A DNA stretch of 64,000 bases from Malacoraja senta. Taxonomy: Eukaryota. The notes below the pieces were generated by a model that saw only the letters and a program-made list of their open reading frames with translations, was not told where the DNA came from and searched no databases. The stretch covers positions 5,394,001 through 5,458,000 of the forward strand of contig CM075991.1 in assembly GCA_038087875.1 (NCBI GenBank), given 5' to 3'. Below are positions 23,193 through 37,200 of the stretch, in pieces. The position numbers and the translations under genes are program-made. Position 1 is the first letter of the stretch. Every line of letters starts with the position of its first letter.

Positions 23193-26100
23193 TCACGTAC
23201 TAGGAGACAACTGCACTCTGAGATTCATTGTGCAAAACCACACTGTGGTTTCTCTGCCTCCTCTTTTTAAAAATTAATTAAGAAGTTCTTGTCATTCAAC
23301 TGAACTTCAATGACTCCAAATGAAGAGGTGAGGAGGTCACAGTTGCCATTATAAAGGGAGGCCCCCACTTTGTTTACCTGAAGAGTACCCACCCTGACAG
23401 GAATGTTAACGATGATAGATAATTGCAGGGTTTTCTTTTCAAACTTTCAGTAGTCATATTAAATGTGTGTAAGAGTTAAGGTTCAATCAGATTTTTTGGT
23501 GGTGTAGTGAATAAAAGTGAATAAGGAGGCGGTAAATTTTATTATAATTTTTGATGCTGTTTCTCTTCAGATTTTCCTTCATAACCTTTGCATCTCTAAC
23601 TCTTGCCCTCACATCAAAGCATTAAACTTGATGAGTGATGCTGATCACTGAGTCTACAGCAGATTGATCTAGCGTTCTTAATTCTATACAGATTTATATT
23701 GAAACGGAGACAGAAGCAGAGTGGGATATGCTTTGAGTGTCTAGAAATGATTCTGTTTCATGAGGATCATGAGGTGAGGCATTTAGTTTAGTTTTTAGTT
23801 TTGAGATTCAGTGCAGAAACAGGCCCTTCGGCCCACCGAGTCCGCACCGACCAGCCATCCCCGCACATTATCACTATCCTACGTACTAGGGACAATTTAC
23901 ACTTAAAGCAAGCCAATTAACTTACAAACATATATGTCTTTGGAATGTGGGAGGAAACCGAAGATCTTGGAGAAAACCTACGCGGTCACAGGGAGAACGT
24001 ACAAACTCCATACAGACAACACCCGTGGTTGGGATCGAACCCGGGTCTCCGGTGCTGCAAGGTGGCAACTCTACTGCTGCGCCACCGTGCCACATTTGAA
24101 ACATAAAATGGCAAACAATGTCCCAGCAAAATCATTTCAGGAAAGAAGTTTGTAAATCACAAGTCTATGGTGCAATGTCAAGGTTAGGAAGCCTGCATTT
24201 GAATATGATTGCTGTCAAAGCCTGACGACACATCCTGTCGGAAACGAGCAGTCAAACCTGATTTATGTTGTATCTTGGGAGGTGCTATCTGACCATTTAT
24301 TTCCATATTACAACAGTTCCCATATTTCACAAGCAATTCATTGTCCCATTTATTTTCCTCTATGAAAGTTGAACTTTGATAATGGTGGATTTTATTTTCC
24401 CACATCTTTCATTCCCACAGAGTCTTTTACCCAGAGTAGGGGAATCAAGAGCCAGAGAATATAGATTTAGATAGAGTGGAGGAAGATTTAATAGGAGCCT
24501 GAGGGGCAACTTTTTCACACAGATGGTGGTGGGTATGTAGAACTAGCTGCCAGTGGCGGTAAGTAGGAACTACAGATGGTGGATTACACCAAGGATAGAC
24601 ACAACATTCTGGAGTAACTCAGTGGGTAAGGCAACATCTCTGGAGAAAAGGAATAGGTGACGCTTTGAGTCTAGACGCTTCTTCAAAATGTGAGTCAGAG
24701 GCTCTCAGTCTGAAGAAGGGTTTCGACCCGTAACATCATGCGAGATGGTTGTCAGTTCAGAGAATTAAGCACAAAGCCCAGAGTGACATTTTGATGCAGT
24801 GCTGGAGGATTGTTGATGTAGACGAGGCACTAGATTGGTACGAGGTCTGCCCTATGCCGTATCCAGTGAGCATTCACTCAAAAGGGTGCAAAAACAAACT
24901 GCTGGAGGAATTTGGCAGGTCAGGCAGCATCTGTGGGGGGAATGGACAGACAATAATTTGGGTCGGGACCCTCCTTCAGACTGGTTGGAGTAGGGAGGAG
25001 ACTGGAAAAGAAAGGTGGGGGCAGGGTAGCTTGGTAAATAACACAGGTGGGGGGGGGGGTTGTTTGGAAGTTGGGTGGAGTAAGTGGCAATGGTCACAGG
25101 TAAAAAGGAGACTAAAAGGTCTTAGATAAGGGGAGAAAAGTCGCAGTGAACTGTAATGCCACTGAAAAGGATATGGCTGTAAGAAAGGAAGGGGAAAGAG
25201 TGGGGATAAAAGAGAAGTGGGGGACTCGATGGGAGATGAGTGTACAAAGAATGGGAAAGAAGGAAGGTGACGGAGGGGTGGGGGGGGTGAGAGATGGTGG
25301 GTGAAATGAGTTGGGAGAGACAACAGGAAGGAGAGGGGAGATATAGAGGTATTACTTGAAATCGAAAGGTGTGCAAGGCTGCTTTCCACATTTTTCCAAT
25401 CAACATATATCTATCAACTAACATAACAAAATCTCAAAAGACTAATCACTCATCAAACAAGGATCTCACAATCCTTGCTGTAACCAAAGTGAGAATCCCA
25501 TGCGCAAAACACAAAGTGCTGGAGAAACTCAGAGGGTCAGGCAGCATCTATGGAGGGATGGATAAACGATGTTTCAGGTCAGAACCCTTCTTTGGGCTGA
25601 CATTGTTCCCAACCTGAAATGTTGTCTTATCTATTCCCACTATGGATGCTGCCTGACCCGCTGAGTTTCTCCAGCACTTTGTCTTAGGCTCACAATTCCA
25701 ACATCTGCAGCCTCTTGCTTCTCCTAACCCTGTCATGCATTACAACATTTAAAAACCTTAACAGCTTGGAGATAACTGAAAATTATGATAGTACATCAAA
25801 ATAAATGCACATTTATTGTTAAGATACTTTTTACATCAACGTCATTGGGTTGCAATGTTGGAGGAGGCCATTCAGCCCAAGTGACCGTTTAACTCTCAAC
25901 CTCCTCCTAGCCTCTCTGTCAGCACATCCTCCCGTTCCTTTCTCATGAACTTCCTTTGATTCCCCTGAAATGCATTATTCTTGTTCACTTCAGCCTCTCC
26001 CTGTGTGATCAAGTGCTAGATATGTCCCACTCCCTAGTTTCTCTGGAATTCCCTGTTGGGTATATTAGTGACTCTCCTACATATCCACCCCCAGGTTTAA

Positions 26101-28054
26101 CCTGCACACACGTAGAAACATGCCTCCTCTACATTATTGGAACATCCTCAGTCAGCTCATTCCTCAGCCACCTCTGTCCCAGAGATTGTGCAAGGGTTCT
26201 TAATAGTTGCGGACACACCAAGGTGCGTTTATCCCCAGTGTGAAATTAATCCTAAATAAACAGTTGGCACAAGATGGTAGCTGCAAATCTGCTGTGGTTT
26301 ATGATAAGCTCGTGCTGTACCTGGCTGACTTAGGATCTGGTCTGAGGCCTTAGTTTAGTTTAGCTTAGACATACAGTGCGGAAACATGCCCTTCGGCCCA
26401 CCGAGTCTGCACCGACCAGCGATCCCTACACATTAACACTACCCTATACACACCAGGGACAATTTTACATTTATACATTTCTACCAAGCCAATTAACCTT
26501 CAAACCTGTATGTCTTTGGAGTGTGGGAGGAAACCGAAGATCCCGTAAAAAAGGTCACAGAGAGAACTTGACAGAAAGCAGGTCAGAGTGCATCACCAAA
26601 ACAGGTTAGGGCAGTAGTGTGGTAAGAAGGTTGGGCTCTCGGTGGGTGGGACTCAGATGATGCACTTCAGTACAGGATTGAATCAATTCAGTGTGCCACT
26701 GAGAGAAAACCATGCTGCTGGCAGCAAGCGAGAAAATCATAAAGGGGCTTCAGTTAGTTTAGTTTAGTTGAAAGATACAGCGTGGAAACAGGCGCTTCGG
26801 CCCACCAAATCTGCGCCAACCAATGATCACCCATACATTAATTATATCCTACACACTGGAGACAATTTACAGAAACCGATTAACCTACAAGGCTGCACAC
26901 CTTTGGGGTGTGGGATGAAACGGAGCATCCAGGAAAAAAATGATGTGGTCACAGGGTGAACGTACAAACTCTGCAGACAAAGCACCCGAGGTCAGGATCG
27001 AACCTGGTTCTAAGGCAGCAACTTCTGGAGAAAACGCTTGCAGTCACAGGGAGAACGGTTCTTGTCCGTACGGAGTTTGTACGTTCTCCCCGTGACCTGT
27101 GTGGGTTTTCCCCGAAGTCTTCGGTTTCCTCCCACACTCCAAAGACGTACAGGTTTATAGGTTAATTGGCTTGGTATAAATATAAATTGTCCATAGTGTG
27201 TGTAGGACAGTGTTAGTGTGCGTGGATCGCTGGTCGGTGCAGATTCAGTGGGCCAAAAACCCTGTTTCTGTGCTGTATCTCTAAAAACAAAAACAAAAAA
27301 ACAAAAAGCTTGCCTTGTATAAATACTATTTCAATAAGAAGGGACATTTATTCTTCTGTAAGTAAAACAAGTTATTTGAATCTTTTCTTAACATCAACTT
27401 ATAGGAAATGTTATCAGAGATATGTTTGGAATGCATTTCTAGGGCAACATGCAATTGGATGGGTGACTCATTAATTGGTGCTGTTGTTAGTATGGCTGAT
27501 TTAATGAGATGGTATTGAAGCCTGAAGGTATTTTCTAATGAAGAAAGCAAGCAAGAAATAGACAAATTATTGTCATTCCCAGATTGAGAGCAAGATTACC
27601 TCAGTACATGAAGCATAAATAACATGTTTTCATCTCCCTGCCATTGTGATCAGAGGAAAAAATATTAATCTTTCTTTAATAATTAAGCATGATTTTGTTT
27701 TAAATTAATTTCCTCAGAGCTCATATTTGCAATTCAAGAAATAAACAGCTTGTCTTGGTAAATGTGACTGTGAGATTGTTGGAACAGTTGTTTATAGTTA
27801 TTTGTTCGCATGATGCAACCATCACCAGCATTTAAGCCCATTTACCACTCATTATCTGTTGAACTGAGCGACTTGCTCCATCACTTCAAAGGGATATTAA
27901 GAGTCACTCAACAAAGGGCTCTGGAAATGCATAGAGTCTAGCTTCTGTAAGGATGGCTAATGTTGAGGGAAGCACGTTGGCACAATTAATGGAGCTGCCG
28001 TGTCACAGACACAGCAATCACGACCTCCAGTGCTGCCTTTGTGGTGCCTGGAAC

Positions 28055-28580
28055 AACCTGATCTTTCGGTTGCTAAACACTTTAATTCTCCATCCCATTC
28101 CCACACTGACCTTTCTGTCCTCAGTCTCCTCCATTGTCACATTGGAGGAACAGCATCTCATATTTTGCTCGGGCAGCTTACAGCCCAGTGGTATGACTAT
28201 TGATTTCTCTCACTTCAAGTATCCCCAGCATTCCCTCCCTCTCTAACCCTCCCCCACCCAAGTCTCACCAGTTTCTCATTTTCACCCAACGAACAGCTGT
28301 TTCCTTTATCATCGTTACTTGTTTGCATATCTTTCATTGAAGACAATGACAATAAAGTTGAATCAAATCGTCAAATCAATCTTTCATTCATTGTTCTTTA
28401 TCTCTCCACATCATCATCTCTCATTTCCCTTTTCCCTACCTGGTGTGAAGAAGGGTCTTGACCCGAAATGTCATCCGTTCCTTCTCTCCAGAGATGCTGC
28501 CTGTCCCCCTGCTGAGTTACTCCAGCTTTTTGTGTCTATCTTCGGTTTAATCCAGCATGTGTAGTTTCTTCCTACACATG
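28055..28580 (+). mobile_element. Penelope-like element 3' end: GIY-YIG C-terminus plus pLTR
   Basis: VAKHFNSPSHSHTDLSVL..LEEQHLIFC.GSLQPSGM.IDFS, followed by the hammerhead-bearing repeat at about 28445. Confidence 0.85.
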
Positions 28581-29029
28581 GTGTTTGCATCTACCCTCTG
28601 CATGGGTTCCTCCTTAGGCTCCTGCTTCCTCCCACCTCTCAAAGGTATGAGGGGTGTTTTGGAGATACAACGTGGGAGCATGCCCTTTGACCCAACGAGT
28701 ATGCGCTGACCAATGATCACCCGTACACTAGCTCTACGTTATCCCAGTTTCGCATCCTGCACACTATGGGCAATTTACAGATACCAATCAATCCACAAAC
28801 CTGCACATCTTTGGAATGTGGGAGGAAACCGGAGCACCTAGAGAAAACCCATGCAGTCACAGGCAGAATGTACAAACTCCATACAGACAACACCCGTAGT
28901 CAGGATTGAACTCAGGTCTCTGGCGCCGTAAGGCTGCAACTTTACCGCTGCGCCACTGGGCAGCCCTAGGGGGTAGGTGAATAGGCCACTGTAGGCGAAA
29001 AGGCCATTTTCTTTGCTGTATGCCTACTC

Positions 29030-29870
29030 CATCACTGATGGAGACGAGTCAGAGTATAGAAGTGAGATCGACCGACTGACCAAATGGTGCCAGCACAATA
29101 ACCTGGCCCTCAACACCAGCAAAACCAAGGAACTGATTGTGGACTTTGGAAGAAGTAGGATGGGGACCCACAGTCCCGTTTATATCAACTGGTCGATGGT
29201 GGAAAGGTTCAAGAGCTTCAAATTCCTGGGCGTGCATATTTCCGATGATCTCTCCTGGTCCCAGAACACTGATGCAATTATAAAGCAAGCACATCAGCGC
29301 CTCTACTTCCTGAGAAGATTACGGAGAGTCGGTATGTCGAGGAGGACTCTCTCTCGAACTTCTACAGGTGCACAGTGGAGAGCATGCTGACCGGTTGCAT
29401 CGTGGCTTGGTTCGGCAACTTGTGCTCCCAGGAGCGGAAAAGACTGCAAAAAGTTGTAAACACTGCCCAGTCCATCATTGGCTCTGACCTCCCTACCATT
29501 GAGGGGATCTACCACAGTCACTGCCTCAAAAAGACTGGCAGCATCATCAAGGACCAACACCATCCTGGCCACACACTCATCTCTCCACTGCCTTCAGGTG
29601 GAAGGTACAGGAGCCTGAAATCTGCAACAACCAGGTTCAGGAATAGCTACTTCCCCACAGCCATCAGACTATTAAACTCAAACAAAATCTGAACTTTATA
29701 TGTTTATTTATGTGTGTGTATATATATATTCAATTGTATTTGGACACAATGATCTGTTCTGTATTATTTATGTCTGCAATATTCTGTTGTGCTGAAAGCA
29801 AAGCAAGAATTTCATTGTCCTATCTGGGACACATGACAATAAACTCTCTTGAATCTTCAATCTTGAATCT
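29030..29870 (+). mobile_element. Rex1/Babar-like LINE 3' fragment, same family as 31932-34228
   Basis: ITDGDESEYR..WCQHNNLALNTSKTKELIVDF..., near-identical to the 707-aa ORF. (TCTTGAA)n tail. Confidence 0.9.
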
Positions 29871-30265
29871 CTAAACTAACCTAAACTTCCCCCGAAGAGT
29901 AGACACTTTGTACTGAAGGACCTATTTGCATGCTACATCTCTAATTTAAGCTACTATAAACTGAACTAGACTACATTTCCCCAAAGAGTGGATAAATTGA
30001 GCTGAAAGGCTTGAATCCAAGGGTACTTGATGGGAACGCAGGGAGAATGCAGTAGGAATAGTGTAAATGAGTGATTGATAGTGGGCACTAACTCAATGAA
30101 TTGAAGGGACTGCATTCTGCTGACTCTCCATAATTATGTGAGATCCTAAGACATAGGAGAAGAATTAGGCCATTCGGCCCATCGAGTTAGCTCTGCCATT
30201 CGATCATTCCTGATCTTTTTTTCTCACTCAATCCCATTCTCCTGCTTTCTCCCCATAACCTTTAA

Positions 30266-30461
30266 ACTTCTTCTTTCGTGTCCATCTTCCATGTTTCAAA
30301 TGTTGACATCGCTGTCATCGTCCGTCCTGAAAAGGACGCAAGCTTCCGGCGACAATCAGTGGGAGCCATCACTTGTTGCAATAGATGATGGTGGTCGCAA
30401 AATTAGCTCGGGATACTTCCAGTTTCCAGCCCCGCGACGTGGATGCTTCTGCCATGGGGCC
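30266..30461 (-). mobile_element. Short (GAA)n-tailed retroposon headed by an HDV-like ribozyme
   Basis: TSD CCATAACCTTTAA at 30253-30265 and 30460-30472, inside a CR1 tail. 3' end GGACACGAAAGAAGAAG. Confidence 0.85.
30397..30461 (-). ncRNA. HDV-like self-cleaving ribozyme candidate (65 nt)
   Basis: GGCCCC AUG GCAGAA GCA UCCACGU CGC GGGGCU GG AAACUGGAAGUAUCCCGAG CUAA UUUUGC. P1 with a G1-U wobble, P2, P3 (one A-C mismatch), P1.1 CC/GG, and C-U-A-A in J4/2. Confidence 0.75.
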
Positions 30462-31931
30462 ATAACCTTTAATACCCTTACTAATCAATCTACGCTTTAA
30501 AAATACCCGATGACCAAGCCTCCACAACTATCTGTGGCAATGAACTCCACAGATTCACCACCCTCTGGCTAAAGAAATACCTCCTCATCTACATTCTAAA
30601 GGTACGTTCTTTTATTCTGCTACTGGCAACATCCTCTCCTTTTTTTTTTTCACTTTAGTCTTTATTGCAACATCCTCTCCACACCACTTCTATCTAGGCC
30701 TATCATTTTTCGGTAAGTTTCAATGAAATCCCCCCCTTTTCTCCATATTTTTTTCTTGCTTCAAGAGGCTCCAATGAACCGGATGTTTTTTTACATGGTG
30801 GTTATCATTACTGAGTTTCAATTCCAAATGTATGTATTCACGTACCCAAATTCCTCTGCTGCTGTGGTGGGATTTGAATTTGGTCTTGGAGCAACCATGC
30901 AGAGTCCAGTATAATTGACCAGGAAGCTAACATATCCAGCATTCTATAAGCTACGAACCAGGTAAATATCCAGATGTTGTTTCCTCAGGCAGAAGAGTCT
31001 GGATCTTGAGTAAGGAGTCAGCCATTTAGGATTGGGGTGAGATTTCTTCACTCAGTTGAGAAAATTCCAAATCCTCTGCCAGGTTTTAGTTCAGTTTGTT
31101 TCATTTATCGTCACGTGTACTGAGATACAGTGAAAAGCATTTTGTTGCCTGCTATCCAGTCAGATGGAAGACTATAAGTGATTGCAATCGAGTCATCCAC
31201 AGTGTACAGATACAGGATAAAGGGAGTAATGTTTAGCATGCAATAAAGTCCAGTAAAGTAATTTAGGACATCCTGTTTGTTAAACGAGGATCCCAACCTG
31301 AAACATCACCTATCCATGTCCTCCAGAGATGCTGCCAGACCCGCTGAGTTAATCCAGCAGTTTGTGTCTTTTTTTTGTAAACCAGCAGCTGCTGTTCTTT
31401 GTTTTTCCTTATCCAGTAATGGTTAAGAATGACACTGATGTACAGTTTTCCTACATTATAGATCATTGTTACGAATTGGAGTAATGTGCAGTGGCAATGC
31501 ATGGTGTATGTATATGCAATACAAACGCAGAACTTTTTTGTGGCATCATATTGTTTGCATTGGAGCTTCTGTTCTAAAGTACTGCCATTGTAAATTGCTG
31601 GAGTGCTGTGTGGTGTAATGAATTAGAATGACACGTCACAATGCACTGGAGCGACAAGTTGTTGTATGCTGCACCAACAATGTAAGCACCCCAGGGTGCT
31701 AACAAAACTGCTAAACATGGTGCCACAATTCACAACTCAAGGCTCTGTCAAAGCTGGAAATTGAGATTAGGTACTTTCCTGTAGGGCGCAAGAAAAACTT
31801 CAACCCACACTTATTCCTGTTTGACAATTACGTATTTAACAATTCAGTGTCTGAATTCCCTTCAGCTGCAGTTAGTGTGTCTCAAGTGTTACCAGGGGGT
31901 CTGCTGTAGTCCAACAAGTCCTACTCATTCA

Positions 31932-34228
31932 AGTCAAGTCAAGTGAGTTTATTGTCATGTGTCCCTGGTAGGACAATGAAATTCTTGCTTTGCTTGAGCA
32001 CAACAGAACATAGTAGGCATTTACTACAAGGCATTCTATAAATATATACACAATGGTCAATATACTGATAACGTGCAAATAACAGTATTGGCTAGTAAAG
32101 TTCAGTGTTATGTCCGAGCCAGGTTTAATAGCCTGATGGCTGTGGGGAAGTAACTGTTCCTGAACCTGGTCGTTGCAGTCTTCAGGCTCCTGTACCTTCT
32201 ACCTGAAGGTAGTAGGGAGATGAGTGTGTGGCCAGGATGGTGTGGGTCCTTGATGATGCTGCCAGCCTTTTTGAGGCAGCGACTGTGGTAGATCCCCTCG
32301 ATGGAAGGGAGGTCAGAGCCGATGATGGACTGGGCAGTGTTTACTACTTTTTGTAGTCTTTTCCTCTCCAGGGCACTCAAGTTGCCGAACCAAGCCACGA
32401 TGCAACCGGTCAGCATGCTCTCTACTGTGCACCTGTAGAAATTAGAGAGAGTCCTCCTTGACAAACCGACTCTCCGTAATCTTCTCAGGAAGTAGAGGCG
32501 CTGATGTGCTTTCTTAATAATGGCATCATTGTTCTCGGACCAGGAAAGATCTTCAGAGATGTGCACGCCCAGGAATTTGAAGCTCTTGACCCTTTCAACC
32601 ATCAACCCATTGATATAAACGGGACTGTGGGTCCCCATCCTACTCCTTCCAAAGTCTACAATCAGTTCCTTGGTTTTGCTGGTGTTGAGGGCCAGGTTGT
32701 TGTGCTGGCACCATATGGACAGTTGCTCGATCTCTCTTCTATACTCTGACTCATCACCATCAGTGATACGTCCCACAACAGTGCTAATTGTTATCGAGTC
32801 TGACACATTTCCACCAATACGAACAGACTGTGGTCTGAGAGTGAGGAAGTCGAGGATCCAATTGCAGAGGGATGCGCAGAGACCCAGTTCTGCGAGTTTG
32901 GTAACCAGCTTGGAGGGGATGATTGTGTTAAATGCCGAGCTATAATCGATGAATAACAGCCTGACATATGAGTTTTTGTTGTCCAAGTGGTCCAGAGCGG
33001 AGTGGAGGGCCAGCGAGATCGCATCCACCGTTGATCTGTTGCGGCGGTAAGCGAACTGCAGTGGGTCCAGGTTTTTGTCGAGGTAGGAGTTGATCTGCGT
33101 CATGATCAACCTCTCAAAGCACTTCATCACCACAGGCGTTAGTGCCACAGGTCGATAGTCATTGAGGCACGTTACCTTACTCTTCTTGGGCACTGGTATA
33201 ATTGATGCCCTTTTGAAGCAGGTGGGGACCTCAGACCTCAGAAGTGAGAGGTTGAAAATGTCTGTAAAAACTCCAGCCAGTTGGTCCGCACAGGTTTTTA
33301 GAACGCGACCAGGTATACCATCAGGTCCAGGCGCTTTTCGAGGGTTCACCCCTCTGAAGGATTTCCTGACATCGGCCTCTGTGACTGAGACTGAAATACC
33401 GTCACAGCGAATGGGGGCTCGGCAAGGCACATCGGTGTTCTCCCTATCAAAGCGTGCGTAAAACGCATTGAGCTCATCAGGGAGTGATGTTTCGCCGACA
33501 TTCGAGCTGCCTCCAGATTTCGCCTTGTAAGAGGTGATTGCATTCAGGCCCTGCCACAGCCGCCGAACATCAGTCTCTTCCTCCAGTTTGGAGCAGAAGT
33601 CCCTTTTGGCCTTTTTGATGGCCTTACCAAGGTCGTATCTGGACTCCTTGTAGGCCACTGTATCATCAGATATGAATGCCCGGTGTCTGGACTTCAGAAG
33701 AGTGCGGATCTCAAAGTTCATCCAAGGTTTCTGATTGGGAAACGCTCGGAAGGTTTTGGTGGGGATGCAGTCCTCCACACACTTCTTAATGAAGTCTGTA
33801 ACGACTGTGCCGTATTCGTTCAGGTCCGTTGCCGAGTCCTTGAACATTGCCCAGTCTACAGACTCCAAACAGTCCTGGAGTTGTTCCTCTGCCCTCCCCC
33901 CCGACCAGCTCTGTACTGTCCTCACCTCTGGGGGTGTGCTCTTTAATTGCTGCCTGTAGGCAGGAAGAAGCAGCACCGCAGTATGGTCGGATTTACCGAA
34001 GTGAGGGCGAGGGATAGAGCGATAGGCATTCTTGATGGTGATGTAGCAGTGGTCGAGGGTGTTTGATCCTCTGGTGCAGCAGGAGACATGTTGGTGGAAG
34101 TTAGGGAGTGATTTCTTTAGGTTTGCCTTATTGAAGTCCCCGGCTATGGTGGTAAACACCTCGGGGTAAGACGTCTGATGTTTGTTGACCACGGCGTGCA
34201 GCTCCCCCAGTGCCAGACGGATGTCTGC
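31932..34228 (-). mobile_element. Young Rex1/Babar-like LINE, 5'-truncated, with an open ORF2 that lacks the RT catalytic core
   Basis: 707-aa ORF with IAGDFN, SDH, APGPDG, YRPVALT, DPLQFAYR, LFIDYSSAFN and KKAHQRLYFLRRL. (TTGAC)n tail. Candidate TSD CATTCA at 31926-31931 and 34229-34234. Confidence 0.93.
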
Positions 34229-37200
34229 CATTCATCGAGAAATGCTAACTTTTCACGAGGATCATACCCACCTAATTTCATATTACTGTCAGTTACAATA
34301 TTCCTCGAGAATATCCCAGAGCATTCTATGCTGTGAGTTTAAGAAAATTGTCTCCCCATCTTACCTTTATGTTGTCCTTTGTTTGCTGATGTTTCTTCAT
34401 CTCTCTCTCTCTCTTCCTTTCTCTTTCTCTCTCGTTCTTTCTCTCTCCCCTTTCTCTCCAACTCTCTCTCTTCTTTTTGCTCTCTCCTTTCTCTCCCACT
34501 CCCATTCTTCTCTCCTCTCTCTCTCTTGCTTTAGAGTATTTTATATAAACATACCAGCATACTCAGAGAACACAGAATAGGATATCAGAATAGTATAACC
34601 CAACATTTTCTCAGCGCATGTTAAAGCAGGAGGAAGAGACAGAAGGTTTAGTGAGGAATCTCAGCATGCAGCAATATTGTTTATTTTAATCACAATTATA
34701 AAATAATGTCTTGGATAGGTATTGAAGCCTTTAGTGAAGCAATGGAAATTTAAAACAAAAAGTTTAAATTATTTAATGATTACTGTCCAATAATGTTCTG
34801 AAGAGGTAGAGACAAAGTCTACAGTGAATTCCCAGAGTATTTTAAAACCAGTGTGAAGGAGAAACCTCTTTGATTAAATGGATTGAAAGTTAATAAATCC
34901 TCTGAGACAAATTAGAAATAGATTCCAGTGTGCAGCAGAAAGTCTTTAAGAAGGAACTGCAGATGCTGGAAAATCGAAAGTAGACAAAAGGACTGGAGAA
35001 ACTCAGCGGGTGCAGCAGCATCTATGGAGCGAAGGAAACAGGCAACGTTTCGGGCCGATTCATTGCCTATTTCCTTCGCTCCATAGATGCTGCTGCGCCC
35101 GCTGAGTTTCTCCAGTTCTTTTGTCTACCTGCAGAAGAAAGTCTCTGGACACTGGTGGTAAAGCACCGTGCAGGGACTCCACTGCAATGATAGCAATCAA
35201 TGAAACATTACAAGCAACCAGTAACACACTGCGCCAGTGACGTATGTGCACAGTTTAAAGGGCTTTGAGACATTCAGAGATCAGAATAAATGCTGCAAGT
35301 CTTGTTTTTTACTAACATCAGATGAGCATTTAAAAGAAAAGGAAATGTTAATACGCTCAATTAAAGGTTCCACAATACAATGACCTGAAAGCGGTAACTA
35401 ATCATGGAATTGCCACCATTGAATCCTTTGGGTAAGTTACTATTGACACAGACAATTTGTCCAATTATGTAGCCTAGTTCAACTGAGTAAAAGTCTTTCA
35501 AGGATTCACATTTTTCCATGTGAAAAATGAAAACCAACAAATCACGCAACCTCGGGGAAAAAAAAGTTAAAATGAAGAAACAGTCAACTGCAGGAAAACT
35601 GAGAGAGATGTGGTATTAATATGGGGAGGGACTGCAAATTATGTTTTGCAGTACTTTTTAAATTATGCAGATTAGCAACCATTTATCAGCTTGAAGGCAA
35701 CTACAACTGTGGTGAAGGAGGACACATTTTATAGGAATCTGAGGAGTAACTTTTTCACACAAAGGGTGGTGGGTGTATGGAACGAGCTGCCAGAGGAGGT
35801 CGTTGAGACAGGGACTTATGCAACGTTTAAGAAATGATTAGACAGGTATAGGGATGGGACACATTGAGGTTTAGAGGGATATGGGTCAAATGCAGGCAGG
35901 TGGGACTAGTGTAGATGGGACACATTGGTCGGTGTGGGCAAGTAGGGCCGAAGGGCCTGTTTCCATGCTGTATGACTCTATGACTATAACTGCTGTTTAT
36001 ATAACCAGTCATAACATGGTAAAATATATAAACCTGAAGTGTAATGAGAAGGAATTCCAGACCAAACTAGGGCATTACTCAAGTTCCCCAAATCAGATTT
36101 ATTTTTATGATGTAGTGAAGGTTCAAATCTGCACAGCTTTGTTCAAGAACTGAATAAATACATTATCTGCAAGTGGAACAGAATAATTACATTTCGGGAA
36201 AGATCAGAGGGAAGTTGGGACTTGCATGATTTGCTTTGAAAGAGACAGTACAGAATAAATGGGCCAAAGGGTCTCCTTCTTTGCTGTCATTCCCTTAAAG
36301 CTTGGTCAAATAGCGAGCTGTTGTGGAGGAAAGAGAAGCAGAGCACTTGAAAGATTTATGAAATGAACGCGAGGGGGCTTTGAGCTGACAAACTATTTAA
36401 TAACTTGCAGAAAGATTTAGTACCTGGGCAGGAAACTAGAAAATAAAAGGAAATAAAATGCAGAGTATTAGGTAAAACAGAACAAAACGCGGTTTTACAA
36501 TAAAGGAGATGAAGCTGGAGAGATAAATGAAGAAACATCGTTACTAGTGAGGAGAGCATGGACAAATCAAATTACAAATAGCCAGTTTGCAGAAGAGCGG
36601 AGTATGTTAATAGTATAATAAAGAGTATTTTGTGATACAAACCCAGATCAAACGTCCGGATCCGTTACAGTTTTGATCATTTGGTTTAAAAAATACTTAT
36701 GTTGGAGGGTGTAAGCCAAAGTACACCAGAATTGTCCCAAAGCCTGATGTGGATGTTCCATGAGGAAGAAACAGAGATATTTAACTCTGCAATCTAAAAG
36801 GAGACTCCTCCTTTAGACTTTAAATGACAATAGACTGGATGACTTAAATAAAGTTGGTGGGAAATAAATTTAAGAAAGCTATTAGGGGAAAGTATCCCAT
36901 GGAAAGCATAATTTCAGTAATCTGCCAAACAAAATATAGAAATCAAAGCTGTAAGTATTATTCACATTGGTGTGGATTATTTGTCCTTAATGCAAGAACC
37001 AACGTTAGGGTTGAAGCATCCTTCTCCCACTATTGCCATTGACGGAAGGGTTGAGAATCAGACAATACAAATGTAGCATGCTTGGTGAAAAGACCAAAAA
37101 TGATATGAGGTAACCTTTCCCATGTGTTGGGCATTCACCAAATCTCTGCCAAGCTCTTGATGTGTGTATTTTATTAGTTTATCAGTCTAGTTTATTGTCA

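Noticed and set aside
32108..34231. 707-aa ORF as a domesticated host gene
   Set aside because: LINE tail, candidate TSD, 5' truncation and a near-identical second copy at 29030-29870 indicate a recent insertion.
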